Shown: piece after piece, positions 1-12,200 of the stretch
Layout of the letters: each line of letters opens with the position of its first letter
How positions within the stretch are numbered: the stretch's first letter is position 1
Source: Myxococcota bacterium
GTDB taxonomy: Bacteria; Myxococcota_A; SURF-8; G963663525
Assembly (NCBI GenBank): GCA_963676915.2
Contig: CAXXVK010000068.1
Location: forward strand, 1 to 64,000
Reading direction: 5' to 3'
Length of the DNA stretch: 64,000 nucleotides
Program-made: the position numbers and the translations under genes
The notes under the pieces: generated by a model
What the model was told of the DNA's origin: nothing
The model's input: the letters and a program-made list of their open reading frames with translations, nothing else
Database searches by the model: none

Positions 1-555
1 AACGAAACCAACACGTCGGCTCTGGAAACCGGCCAGAACATCTATATCCCGATTCTCGACGCGATAAACGATGGCGAAATGTCGATTCACCGCACCATGC
101 ACGCCGGGGAACTGGGAGATATCCGTAACGTGCGCGACGCGATGATCATGGGAGCCGAAAGGGTAGGGCACGGCGTGTTGTTATGGCAAGATCCGATCGG
201 TCTGGAATACGCTCGGCGGGCGAGTTTGCCTATAGAAATCAACCTTTACAGCAATTATCGGCTTCAGGTGGAAGAGGACTTTTCCAAGCATCCCTTCCTG
301 AGTTACCTGCGGATGGGAATGCCGGTTAGTCTTTCGACCGACGACGAGGGCATGTTCGTTACCGACATCGTAAACGAATGCGTCGTTGCCGTGACTTATA
401 CCGATATCACGCATGCGGAGGTCAAGCAGATGGCGTACAATTCGCTCCAGACCTCCTTTGCCGATGATACGTTGAAAACCAGCCTGATCGAAAAACTCGA
501 CACGGATTTCACCCAGTTCGAGTCCGATTGGTCCCAGTATACAACCGTGAAATAA
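1..555 (+). CDS. Adenosine deaminase family protein, 5'-truncated by the window edge
   Basis: Frame is open from base 1 (NETNTSALE...) to TAA at 553-555. It carries the amidohydrolase/ADA motifs TMHAGE, AERVGHG and SLSTDDEG. Confidence 0.88.
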   Translation, partial: NETNTSALETGQNIYIPILDAINDGEMSIHRTMHAGELGDIRNVRDAMIMGAERVGHGVLLWQDPIGLEYARRASLPIEINLYSNYRLQVEEDFSKHPFLSYLRMGMPVSLSTDDEGMFVTDIVNECVVAVTYTDITHAEVKQMAYNSLQTSFADDTLKTSLIEKLDTDFTQFESDWSQYTTVK

Positions 556-567
556 AGCGTTTTATTC

Positions 568-600
568 GTAGATTGTCGGGTAAATTGTTTGCCCGACAAT
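568..600. repeat. REP-like palindrome (GTAG foot + 13-bp stem), possibly also a terminator
   Basis: GTAG-ATTGTCGGGTAAA-TTG-TTTGCCCGACAAT; one mismatch (G.U-compatible), 3-nt loop, immediately after the ADA stop. Confidence 0.6.
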
Positions 601-627
601 ACCAACGATGACCCACGGGGTCGATAG

Positions 628-723
628 GCGGGTGGCACGGTCTTTGCCCGGAGGGCAATGGCCGTGAGATTCAAATAAGTTGCACGGCCATCGATTCTTC
701 GAATCGAAGACCGTGGCACCCGC
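628..723. repeat. REPIN-like element: two inverted REP-like units
   Basis: CGGGTGGCACGGTCTT-[TGCCCGGAGGGCA]-ATGGCCGTG, then a 16-nt spacer, then the reverse complement of CGGGTGCCACGGTCTT-[CGATTCGAAGAATCG]-ATGGCCGTG. Confidence 0.7.
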
Positions 724-794
724 TAATAGGCTCTAAGTCAACTGCAATCCCCGTCCTTCGAGTTGGAGCAGGATAGAAAGCCCTATATCTTGTT

Positions 795-3072
795 TTACTC
801 TAATCCAGCCGGTTTTTCGTTCCGGTTGACGACCCAGATCAAGGCCGGAAGGACCAGCAGATCCCCGATCAATCCGAATACGATGGCGCTTCCCGTCAAC
901 ATGCCGAATTGCTCCAGTGGTGGGAAGTCGGCAAGGGCGAAGATCGAGAAACCGCAGAAAATCGTGGTTGTGGCCAGCACCAGCGCTCGACCGGTGATGT
1001 TCATTGTATGTCTCAAGGCATCTTCCATGCTGCTTTGTTTGTCGCGGCGCTTTTCGAGGAAGTGGTAGAGAAAGTGAATGGTGGCATCGACGCTGATCCC
1101 CAGCACGATGGTCGCCAGCAGAATCGTGCCGATCCCAAATTTCAATTGCATGACCCACATCTGGCAGAACATCAGGAAAATCGCGAACAACGATGGCACC
1201 ATCGCCAGCAGGCTCAAGCGTATCGACCGAAACTGGAACAAAAACAGCACGAAAACGATCAGTAGTGTTCCACCGAAGCTTTGTACGAGCGTATCGGACA
1301 TGTAGATGTTCACCTTGGCCAGCATGGGTGCGGTACCGGTGATCGTCGTTTTCACGTTTTTGAACGTTTCGTGTTGATCGGCGAACGCCTTCCATTCGTC
1401 CTCGAAACCTTTTTTGATTTTCATGAACGTTTGGAAATCCACCATTTTCGAAATCACGGATAATCGCAAGTGTGCGAAATCCTTGGTGACATAGGTTTTC
1501 CATACATCGCGCTGACTTAAGGCGGCGATCAGCGGGAACAGCCGGAAATTGGTAGTGGGAAACGTGTCTTTGCCATTGGCGATGTGGTTGGCGGTTTTGA
1601 TCAACGTTGAGACGCTCAAGGTTCCCTGAATGTGCTCGTAGGTTTCCAGCTTGGTTTCCAGTTCGTGCAGGGCGCGCAGGTTTTCGGGTTTGGAAAAGAA
1701 TCCTTCTTCCGCATCGAGCATCACTTCCAGGCTGCTCAGTCCCATCAAGTGTTCCTCGATGAACAACGAATCCTGTCGGGTGGCGCTTTTGGGACTGAGG
1801 TAGTTGATGGTGTTCGTCTCGATTTTCATGCCCTGAAACGCGACGATTCCCGCACCGACCAACACGGCTGCAACGGGTAGAATCACCCAGCGGTAACGAT
1901 ACGTGAACGAGGGAATGGCGTGCAAAACGGGGTCCATGGCGGTAAATCCCACCGTGGATTTGTCTTTGGCCGTCGGGGGATGCAAGCGGTCGATCAGAAC
2001 CGGGAAAAAGGTAAAAGCTACGATGAAGCCGATGGCCAGCCCCATGGTGACCTGAACTCCCAGATCGTGAATCGGTTGGATACCCGAAAAAGAAAAGCTG
2101 GCGAAACCGACCATCGTTGTGAAAACCGCCATGAAACAGGCGGTTGTTTTGTTGGAAAGTACTTGAATCAGGTGGGTTTTGGAATCGGTGCCTTCCGGTT
2201 GTCTCACGTAACCCGAGTAGATATGCATCAGGGTTTCGAGCGAGATGATCATGACCATCAGCGGTAGAATGTTGGATAGCATGTTGAGGAACGAGCCGGT
2301 CAGTTCGACCGTTGCGACCGAGAATGCGACGACGACGCCGAAGGTGAGCAACACGGCGATCATGCCTCGGAACGAACGGTACAGGATGACGATCAACAGC
2401 GCCGAAAACAGAACGTACAACGGGAAAAACTGCGCTCCGATCTGCACGGAAACCCGGTCGATTTCATAACTTACGTAGGGTTGCCCCACTTTGCGGATGG
2501 CTTGGAACGGTGAATTTTCCTGCTTTTCGTACGGAAGCAGGCTGGCGTTGACGAATTCGACCACTTCCACCCGTTCTTTGGGTTCTTTGAACGACAATTG
2601 CAACACCAGAGAAAACAGCTTGTCCGGGGCGATCAGACCTTGTTTTTGGAAAAAAGGCGTACTTTTGGCAAATGTTTCCAACTCTTTGCAATCCCCTGGG
2701 GCGTGGGGATTGAACATCGGGTGAACTTCCCGATAGATCGAAATCAGCGAGCGGCTGGCTTTGAGGTGCGGGGTTTGCTCCAGCTTGTGTTCGATTTCAT
2801 CGATAGTAGACAGAAAATCGGATGAAAACAGGTCTTTAGCCTCGAATCCGATCAGGATGAACTCGTCCGATCCGAAGCGCTCTTTGAGCAGATTCCAATC
2901 CTTGATCGCCGGATCGCTTTTTAGCAAAAGGCCCCCCTCCGTCGGTCGAATTGTCCACGCGTATTTGCGAGGCATAAAAGGCCGCAGGTCCGAGAAGGAC
3001 GACAAACAGCAAAAGAACCAGCCACCAAGAACGAAGCAGGTTCGAAAAGACGGCCTGAAGCCAGCGTTCCAT
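795..3072 (-). pseudogene. MMPL/RND-family (efflux RND permease-like) membrane transporter, interrupted by a frameshift at a G-tract near 2932-2937
   Basis: The body (ORF 795-3095) has two MMPL halves with FGSDE and LGISVDATIHF motifs and many TM helices. The natural N-terminal TM helix (MERWLQ...LLLFVVLLGPAAFYASQIRVDNST) is in another frame, starting at ATG 3072. The frames join at GGAGGGGGGC. This could be a sequencing error rather than a true pseudogene. Confidence 0.75.
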
Positions 3073-3201
3073 TCTTGCACCCTTTCCCTACCCAATCTTC
3101 TCTCTCGCCGCGTACCATATCGGATCGCAAGGGGAGAAGCAAGCTTCGGTCAAATCATCGAAAGAAATTTCGGAAGTGTGGATCATTGGTTGGAATTGCA
3201 T

Positions 3202-3240
3202 AAAAACGACCCGTTCATCTGGAACAATGAACGGGCCGTT
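3202..3240 (-). terminator. Intrinsic terminator downstream of the giant lipoprotein gene
   Basis: Minus strand AACGGCCCGTTCAT-TGTTCCAG-ATGAACGGGTCGTT followed by TTTA, about 30 bp after the stop. Confidence 0.65.
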
Positions 3241-3268
3241 GTGAGGCGTTTTCATTTGAAAACGTAGA

Positions 3269-6200
3269 CTATTCCGTACAAACGCCTTCTTCGCAGACTC
3301 CTGCCTCGTCGTTGCAAAGTGTCTGGTCGGGCAGAGAACAGGGTACACACTCCGAACCGTTGTAAAGATCTATCGTGCAATCGTTGTTGTCTTCGCAGAT
3401 GGGACCGATACCGGTTACCTGAATCTGATCCAGCCAGGCACGGTCACGACCATCGGAGTCTTCGTAGTCCTTGATGTATCCCCAATCCAGGCTGTGGAAG
3501 CCGGGTTCCAGGTCATATTGTTGAAGTGTCCATTCGAGGTATCCCGACCACTGACCTTTCAGTTCGCCGTCCAGATAGAAAACGAAGAAGTCGCAGTCCG
3601 GCTCGCTTTCCACTTTGAATTGGAAAGAAGCCTGTCCGCTTTCGTTCAACGTAACGTTGAATCCGAGCCAGGTGGTCTGGTTGTCTCCGATAACACCGCT
3701 TGCGGCGGAGTAGTTGCCTTCGAAGACTCGTTGAGAGGAGGCTTCCCATGCCACGTTGCCGCCGGATTGCCAATTTGGATCGATATAGCCCGATTCGAAG
3801 TCTTCTTGCACGTTCGAACCGAATCCTCCGCAAACTCCGCCCGCACAATAACCTCCGTTGTGGCAGGGAGAGCAATCGTCTACAGCCTGTGGCGTACAGG
3901 AGCCGGATAGGCAGATGTCGTTGGTGCAATCCGCTGCATCTTCGTCGCAGGTTGTGCCGTCTGTGACCGTGGGATGCTCGCAGACACCGCCGGAGCATTG
4001 ATCGGCGGTGCAGATGTTGCCGTCATCTTCGCAAGGTGTTTCGTCGGCGACGGGAGAGGTCTGGCAAAGACCGGAGCCGTCGCATTGGCCGGTCTGAGTG
4101 CAGGCGTTTCCATCTTCGCAGGCATGGCCTTGAGCGAAAGCGCAGAACACGCAGGTTTCGTCTCCGAGAAGATTGTCGGTGCAGGGGATCTCGTCATCGC
4201 AGGGAGACTCGGGAATTGCTTGAACCAGGATATCATCGATCCAGACCTTATCTCGTCCAACTGCTTCCACTTCGTCTTTGGAATAATTCCAATACAGGCT
4301 ATGACTTCCTTCCTCGATCGGGAATTCCACTCGTGTCCAGTCTGTATCACCGCTCCAAGCCATAAGTCCGTATCCGTCGATGGCAAAACCCAACTCGTCT
4401 TGATTGGCTTCTGTGTCCGTTTTTACATAGAACGATACCGTGCCCGGTGTCTCGAGATACACGGAGTAGAGACGGAATTCGCTTTCTCTGCCATCCAAAA
4501 GATCCGGGCTGGCAAAGGATTTCGTTCCCGTGTGGCTTTCGTCTTCTGTAATGATCCAATTGGCATCGCCGCTCCAACCATAGCTGGAATGGCGGATACC
4601 GCCGGATTCGAAGGTTTCGTCACAAACCGTTGAAAGACCGCTACAGGTTCCTCCCGCACAGAATCGTTCGGCATTGCCTCCGCAGGACTCGCAATCTTCC
4701 TTGGTTCGTTCCGCCGAGCAGTAACCGTATTCCGAGCAGGTTTTTACCGTACAGTCGGAGGGGTCATCGTCGCAATCGGTTCCTTGAGGAAGAGGAGTAT
4801 GCGAGCAGACTCCATCGAGGCAGGTATCCACCGTGCAGGGGTTGTCGTCATCGGTACAAGGCAGGTTGTTTTCCACCGGATTGTGGACACATTCTCCGTC
4901 CAGGCAGCTATCCGCCGTGCAGGGGTTGAAATCGTCTTCGCAGGCAAGGCCGTTGTCTAAGGGGTCGCCCGGTTGGCATTCGCCGTTCAGGCAGGTATCG
5001 TTTTGGGTGCATCCGCCGGATACGTTGCAGTCCCAGCCATCCGGCGAGACACATTCGACGCATTCTTCCTCACCTCCCCAGATGGACGTTCGGCAGTTGA
5101 TTTCGTTGGCACAATAGTTGTTGTATTCGATTCGAATGTCGTCGATCCACGCCTGGTTACCTTCGAACGTGCCTGCGTCGTCGTATTCGAAATACCAATT
5201 CAGCTCGTGGTGACCTTCGTCAAGAATGTAAGACGCCTGCTGCCAATCAATCGTTGTATACCACCAGTCCCATGGACCGTTGGAACTCCAGAACTCCATA
5301 TAGCTTTCCCGGTTCACGCTATCGACTTTGTACATGAAGGTGAGAGTCGCCTGATGTTCGAGATCGATAGTATAGGTCAATATACGGTATTCATACGTCT
5401 CTTCGGGAATAGCCGTTGCCGAGAAGCTTCCGCCATAGGCCAAATCTCCAGTGACGATCCAAGGGTACTCTTTACCGGTTTGCCATCCATCGGCCCATGC
5501 TCCGTTTTCGAAGCCGTACTCCAATATCGGAACACCGAAGCAGATGCCGTTTCCGCAAAGACCGCTTTCCTGGCAAACGGTGCAATTCGGCAGGTTTTGC
5601 GGCGTGCAGGTGTCTTCTACACAAGTGTCCGTGGTGCAGTCCGAAGCGTCCAGATCGCAGGATTGTCCGTCGCGGTCGCTGATCTGGCAGCTTCCTTGCT
5701 GGCATGTGCCGTCGGTGCATGGGTTATCTGCGTCGCATTCGGTGCCGTTTGCGGCAGGACAGGCAATGCAGGACGTGCCGTTGAACAGCGATGTGGCACA
5801 TTCTTCCAATTCGTGGCAAGACGTGCCCGATACGTAGATCGAATCGAGGAAGAGCGTAATGGGATAATCCTCGTGATAGGAATAGTCGTTGCGGATTTCC
5901 CAAGTGATTTCATGGAGTCCCCGGCCTTCGACAGAGTGGGAATTTCTCGACCAATACGAACGATTGTAGTTCGTATTGTACATATTCTCACCATCAATAT
6001 ATACACTGAACGTGCCTCGGTAATTATAGCTGGCACCACAGTAGTACATGTGACGATAGGAAATGCTGGTGTAGGTATTTGTCGTGTAGAACCGCAAGGA
6101 AATCGAGGTACTGCCGTTTTCTTCGTCTACCCTGGCGAACAGACCGTAGGTATCGTCGTATGCGGAATATCCATGGTCGTTTTCTCTTCGGATGGTCCAG

Positions 6201-9200
6201 GGATTCTCATCGTTGTTGATCCAGGCGTACGAAGAATTGAAGCAGCCGTAATCAGGTGCGCAGGATTCGAATCCTTCATCGATATCCGATTGGATGCCTC
6301 CGCATTCACCTCCGGCACAGAAGTTGGTACCATCTTCGCCACAAGTGCTGCAGTCCGGCAGATCCGCGTCGATGCAATGGCCGTTGTCGCAGTATTGTTC
6401 TGCACAGTCGTTTGGATCTTCGTCGCAACTTGTACCGTCGTTCAGGTACATTCCCGGTCGGCATCCGAGGTCTGGATGACAGGTTTCCTCACCGTTGCAT
6501 GGATCGCCATCGTTGCAGTAACTATTGTCCGCAACGTGTTCGATGGTGTCGGTTTCCTCGTTGCAGGTGTCGATGGTGCAGTCGTTGCCATCGCTCAGTT
6601 CCGGCGAGTCTCCACTCTGGCAGCCGTAATATTGGCTACAGGTTTCCACACCATTGCAGAACAATCCGTCGTCGCAATCGATCGGTGTGCCGAGACATTG
6701 CCCCAGTCCGTCGCATAGGTCGCTTTCGGTGCAATTGTCGTCGTCGTCGCACAGCGAGCCGAGATCCGTTGGAGGATGCGTGCAGGTGCCGGAGCCGTCG
6801 CAGATGTTCCGGGTGCAGTCGTTTCCGTCGCTGTTGCACGGAATTCCCGCTTCCAACATCACGTATTCGCAGGCGGGAACACCACGATCGTCGATGCAGA
6901 TGTCATCGGTGCATTCGTTTTCGTCATCGCAACTGAAGGCTTCGTGTACGCAGCCCTGAACTTCGTCGCAGGAGTCCACCGTGCAGGGGTCGCCATCGTC
7001 GCAATTTTGTAGCTGACCGGTGACACAGACGCCTGAGAGACAGAAATCGTTGACCGTACAACTAGAGCCGTCGGCGTCGCAAGCGGTGCCGTCCGCTACG
7101 ATGGTATTGCAAACACCGTCCAGGCATTCGTCCAGCGTGCATGGGTTGTCGTCTTGTTCGCAGGCGGTGCCGTTTTCGGAAGGTTCGATGTAGCATTCGC
7201 CGTTCCAGCCCTCTTTGGTACAGGGATCTTCATCCTTGCATTCGTCGTGGCGCTCGCAGGTATCTCCATTGCAGAAACCTCCGTGGCTGACACACAATGC
7301 AGCCCGATTGCACGAATAAATGTCGTCACCGCAACTCCAAAGGTTGTCGGGATCGCTATCTCCCGGCACCCAATAGTTTCCTACGCCATCCGGGCAGATG
7401 GACGTATTTACACCGGCGTTGGCGATGGTGTCGTACTGGTAATGAGGTTCGGTCCACCCGGCGGCGACAATGGCCAGGTATTCTTCATGCGTGATTAATT
7501 CCGCACCTTGGTCTTCGCACCATTGTTTGGCTGATTCACCGTAGCTAAGGCAGGGATCGGAAAGATGCGAGAGGCAGATGCCGCCATAGCTTCCCTCGGC
7601 GCATTCGTTCCATCCTCCGCATCGGGAGCCGAATGGTAGCGTTTCGTGCAGACATTCACCCGAACCGTTGCAGGTGTCACCGGTGCAGTCGTTGCCGTCA
7701 TCGTTACAAGCACTTCCTTGCGGCAGATTTTCGTGTACGCATTCTCCAAGACCGTTGCAGGCGTCCGAGGTGCATTCGTTATCGTCCTCGCTGCACGGAG
7801 TGCCCTCTTCGAAATGGTCTGCCTGACAGATTCCGTCCTGGCAGGTGCCTTCTCCCGTGCATTCGGAGCCGTCCCAGCAGGATTGCCCGTTAGCGACCTG
7901 TGAAGTGGCTACACATTCGCCGGATTGACAGGTCGAGGCGTTGGTGCAGGAGTTTCCGTCGTCGCAGGATGTGGACTCCGCAAGGTCGCAGTAGTTGCAT
8001 TCGCCATCGATGTCGAAATCGAGGGTGCAGCCGTTGCCGTCCGAGCAGGTGTCGTTCAGGAAAGTGATGTTGATGTCATCCAGCCAGATCCGGTTTTCCA
8101 CCCCATCTTCGGGAATGCCTCGATAGAACCAATCCAACCAGAAACTACCGGGTTCCAGGTAGTATTCATGCATGGTCCAGTCGCTGGTTCCGGTCCACGA
8201 AACGTCAATATCGTTGCCGTTTCCTGTGAAGAAGCTAAGCACCTGACCGTTTACAACGTCCTGGCCCTCTCCATATTCCGCTTCACGGGTCTCTAACTTC
8301 TGCCACCAACTGATTTTCGCCGGTTGATCGATTTCGACGTGCATCCAGATTTCGGCGAAGAACTCTTCATTGCTTTGTGAAGAGGCGGAAAGTGAATAGC
8401 TGCCCTCCACGAAAGCGGATTCGTCGAAGGTCCACTCAGCGTTATCAGCCCACGTGTCCAAGGCATCGTTCATGCTGTTTTCGAAACCATCATGGAAGAA
8501 TTTCAGCGGCAATTGACAGCTGCCATCGAAGCAGTAGCCCGATGTCAGGCCGCCGCCGTCGCAGGGGCTGCATTCTTCGACGTTGACCGTCTGGCAGGTG
8601 CCTTCGACACAGGTTCCCTCGATACAGTTGTTGGGGTCGTCGTCGCAGGATGCGCCCTCGTCGAGTGCTGTTCCCGGCTGACAGTCGAGAGTTGCGTCAC
8701 AGGTTTCGATGCCGTTGCATGGCTCATCGTCATTGCAGTAGTCATCCATAGGATCATGCTGGACGCCCATTTCGGAGTCGCACCAGTCGTTTGTGCAATC
8801 CACTCCGTCATCGATTTCCAGCGGTGTGCCTTCCAGGCAACCGAGTTGCGCGTCGCAGATTTCCTCGCCGTCACAAATATCGTAATTGTTGCATCGTTCG
8901 TTGTCGGGTGTATGCAGGATCGTATCGGTTTCTTCATCGCAGGTGTCTACAGTGCACCAGAAGTCGTCTTCCATATCCGGTGCGTTACCTTCAACACAAC
9001 CCAAGAATTCGTCGCAGGTTTCGATGCCGTTGCAATACAGGTCATCGTTGCAACGCTCGTCCATGGGATAGTGAACGGGCCTATCCAGTTCTTCGTCACA
9101 TGCATCGTCCGTGCAAGCCAAACCGTCGTCGATCAATGGCTCTCCACCCGGCTGGCATTCGCCTTGATCGTCGCAAAGTTCCAGGCCGTTGCAATACACA

Positions 9201-12200
9201 CCATCGCTGCAAGTTGTTCCTGCCGGAACCGGATCGTGGGTGCAGGTGTCGATCAGCCATGCATCGATGGTGCAGGGGTTGTCGTCGTCGCAGTCGGTTT
9301 CGATGCATTCACCGTCGAGGCAAACGAGGTCTTCTCCGCATGGCGTGTCGTTGGGTGCCAATTCCACTTCGCATTGGCCATTTACACAGCTTCCGATCGG
9401 CGCGGTGCAAGGATTGTCGTCGTCACAGGCAGAGCCGTCAGGGTAGGGACAATTGACGCAACTCGTACCACCTGAAAGGGTTTCGATGCAATCGACGGAA
9501 TCCACGTTGGTGCAGATATTTCCTGTGATGCGGATGTCGTCCAGATAGAAGATAGGGGCGCGGTTCGCATAATTGTTATAAGTGAACGACAGGTTGCAGC
9601 GGAATTCATGCTCGCCGACTCCATCCACCTGAACCGTTTGTTGATACCAGTAGGAACTGTCGTAATACGAGTAGAATACCTGCGAATCATCGAGGTAGCA
9701 GTAAATATAGGCTGCGTAGTCGGTTAGGTTGTATCTCAGTTCGCGGAAGGAAAGCTCGGAATTCGGGTCGTTGGTGAAGAAGGTGAAGGAGATTTCCGTG
9801 CTCTGGTTGTATTCGAACACCTGGCCTTTGAGGGCGTAGTTGCCTTCGGCCTGTCTAGTAAGTCCCTCGATGCCTTCTTCTTCAAGATTTACGATCTGCC
9901 ACGGAAGATTTTCGTCATTGTCCCAATTCGCAGCGGGATGGAAACAACCGTTTTGCGGACCGCAGAACTCGAATCCTTCGGCAAATTCTTCTCCGTAGCC
10001 TCCGCAGCTTCCGCCGGCACAAGTGAATTCCCCATCTTCTCCGCAAGCGCTGCAATCCGGTAGAGCTTCGGTATTGCATTGACCGTCCTGGCAGACCGAA
10101 AGCTTGCAATCGTAGGGATCGTCGTCACAGTCGCTGCCGTTGGGTTGATTGACGCCGCTGAGGCAGCCCAGAGTCAGGTGACAGCTTTCGACACCATTGC
10201 AAAACACGCCGTCGTCGCAGGCTTCATCCATCGGTGTGTGGAGAATGACATCGTTGTCTTCGTTGCAGGTGTCCTCGGTGCAATCCACGCCGTCATCAAG
10301 AGTTGGAGCTTCGCCCGTAACACATCCCACTCCCGATTCACAGACTTCCAGGCCGTTACAGAACAGGTCGTCGCTGCATTCCACGGCAGATCCCATACAG
10401 GTGCCGTTTCCGTCGCAGATGTCGTTTTCGGTGCAAATCTCTTCGTCGTCGCAGGAGGTTCCCAACGTTGCAAGTTCGTAGCGGCAGGCTCCGTCGCGCC
10501 ATGTGTCTATCGTACATGGGTTGCCGTCGTCGCAGGGAACGTGCGGGACGCAGATGCCACCATCGCATGCGCCGACATCGTTGACGCAAAGGATACCGCG
10601 TCGGTAATTGTAGGTGTCACCGCAAGCATATAAACTTGTGGGGTTGCTGTAGCCTGGAGCATACATGTTGCATACGCCATCGCTGCAGTTGCTTGGGCAA
10701 TTCTCGACGGGGACATTTCGATAATCCGTTGTCGGTCGGGTCCAACCGGCATCGGTGACGGCGATCCATTCGTCGTAAGTCAATAGACGGGAACCGCGTT
10801 CGGCGCACCAATCACGCGCACTACCGGAAATACCATATTCAGAAAGATCGGTCAGACAATATTCGGCGTACACACCTTCGTCACAGGATTCGGCGAAGCA
10901 GTTGGTGTCGTCGGGAGCTTCTTCCTCGGAGCATCCACCGGTACCATCGCAGGTGCCGATGAGGCATACATTGTCGGAGTCACCGCAGGGAGTGCCTTCA
11001 ACGTAAGCCGGATGTCCGCAAGAGCCTGTGCCGTCGCAGATATCCTCGGTGCACTCGTTGCCTTCGTCCGAACAGGGGGTACCTTCGACCAAGGCCGGAT
11101 GGACGCAGCTTCCCGAGTCGTTGCAGATGTCGTCGGTACATTCGAAGTCATCGTCCTGACAGGGAGTTCCTTCGAAAGAAGCTTCGTTGACCGTGCATTG
11201 TCCGGCAAGGCAGGTGTCGAAGGCCGAGCAGGCGTCGCCATCGTCGCATTCGGTACCATCGACGGCGTTGCAGGTAACGCAGCTTTCGGAGTCGAAAATC
11301 TCGGTGGTGCACATGTTGCCGTCATCTTCGCAAGGTTCTTCCAAACCGGTGATGCGTACGTCATCGACAAAGATGTAATAGTCGTAGTCGTAGTCATAAG
11401 TATGAGAAGCTACCCACCGGAAGGTATAGTGTCCTGGTTCAAGATTCACAAAGGAGCGTTCTTCCCATTGAGAAGAATAAGAGTCACTGAACTTCAAGGC
11501 GTCGTTGATGTAAAACAATAGGGTGTATGAATCACCGTAATTGTCGTGCCAGAAGGAAATCTCGCCTGTTTGTTTCAGATCCACTTCGAGTTCAAGCCAG
11601 GCACTCTGATACCCGGAGAATTGGCCAACGCCCACGGATTTTGTTCCTGAGCGTGAATAATCCGAATAAATCAACCATGGTTTATCCCCGCCGGTCTTCC
11701 AGGTTCCGTGAAGTACGCTGCCATCGAAACCCTCGTTGATTTCTGACGGATATCCGCCGCAAACACCGCCCACACACAGTTCGTTGTCTCCGCATTCGTC
11801 GCATTCATTGCGCTCGGTATTCTCGCAAGTGCCTGAAATGCATTGGTAATCCACACAATCGTGCTCGTTGCTGTCGCAAGAGGTGCCATCTACAAACGCA
11901 TCGTGCTGACAGACACCGCTAGAACAGATATCCGACGTGCAGGGATTGTCATCGTCTGAGCACTGGGTACCGTCGTCTACACTAGATCCGCCGAGGCATT
12001 CGCCGGACTGGCAAAGCGTTTCGCTGGTGCAGGAGTTTCCGTCGTCGCAGGTAGTGTCGTCGGGTTCATTGCAGGTGATGCATGAAACACCGTCGTAAAG
12101 ATCCGTTGTACAGTCGTTACCGTCGTTGCAACCGGAGGAAAGGTTGTTAATCGCTACATTGTCGATCCAAACGTACTCTTCCCCATTATAGACATATCGC

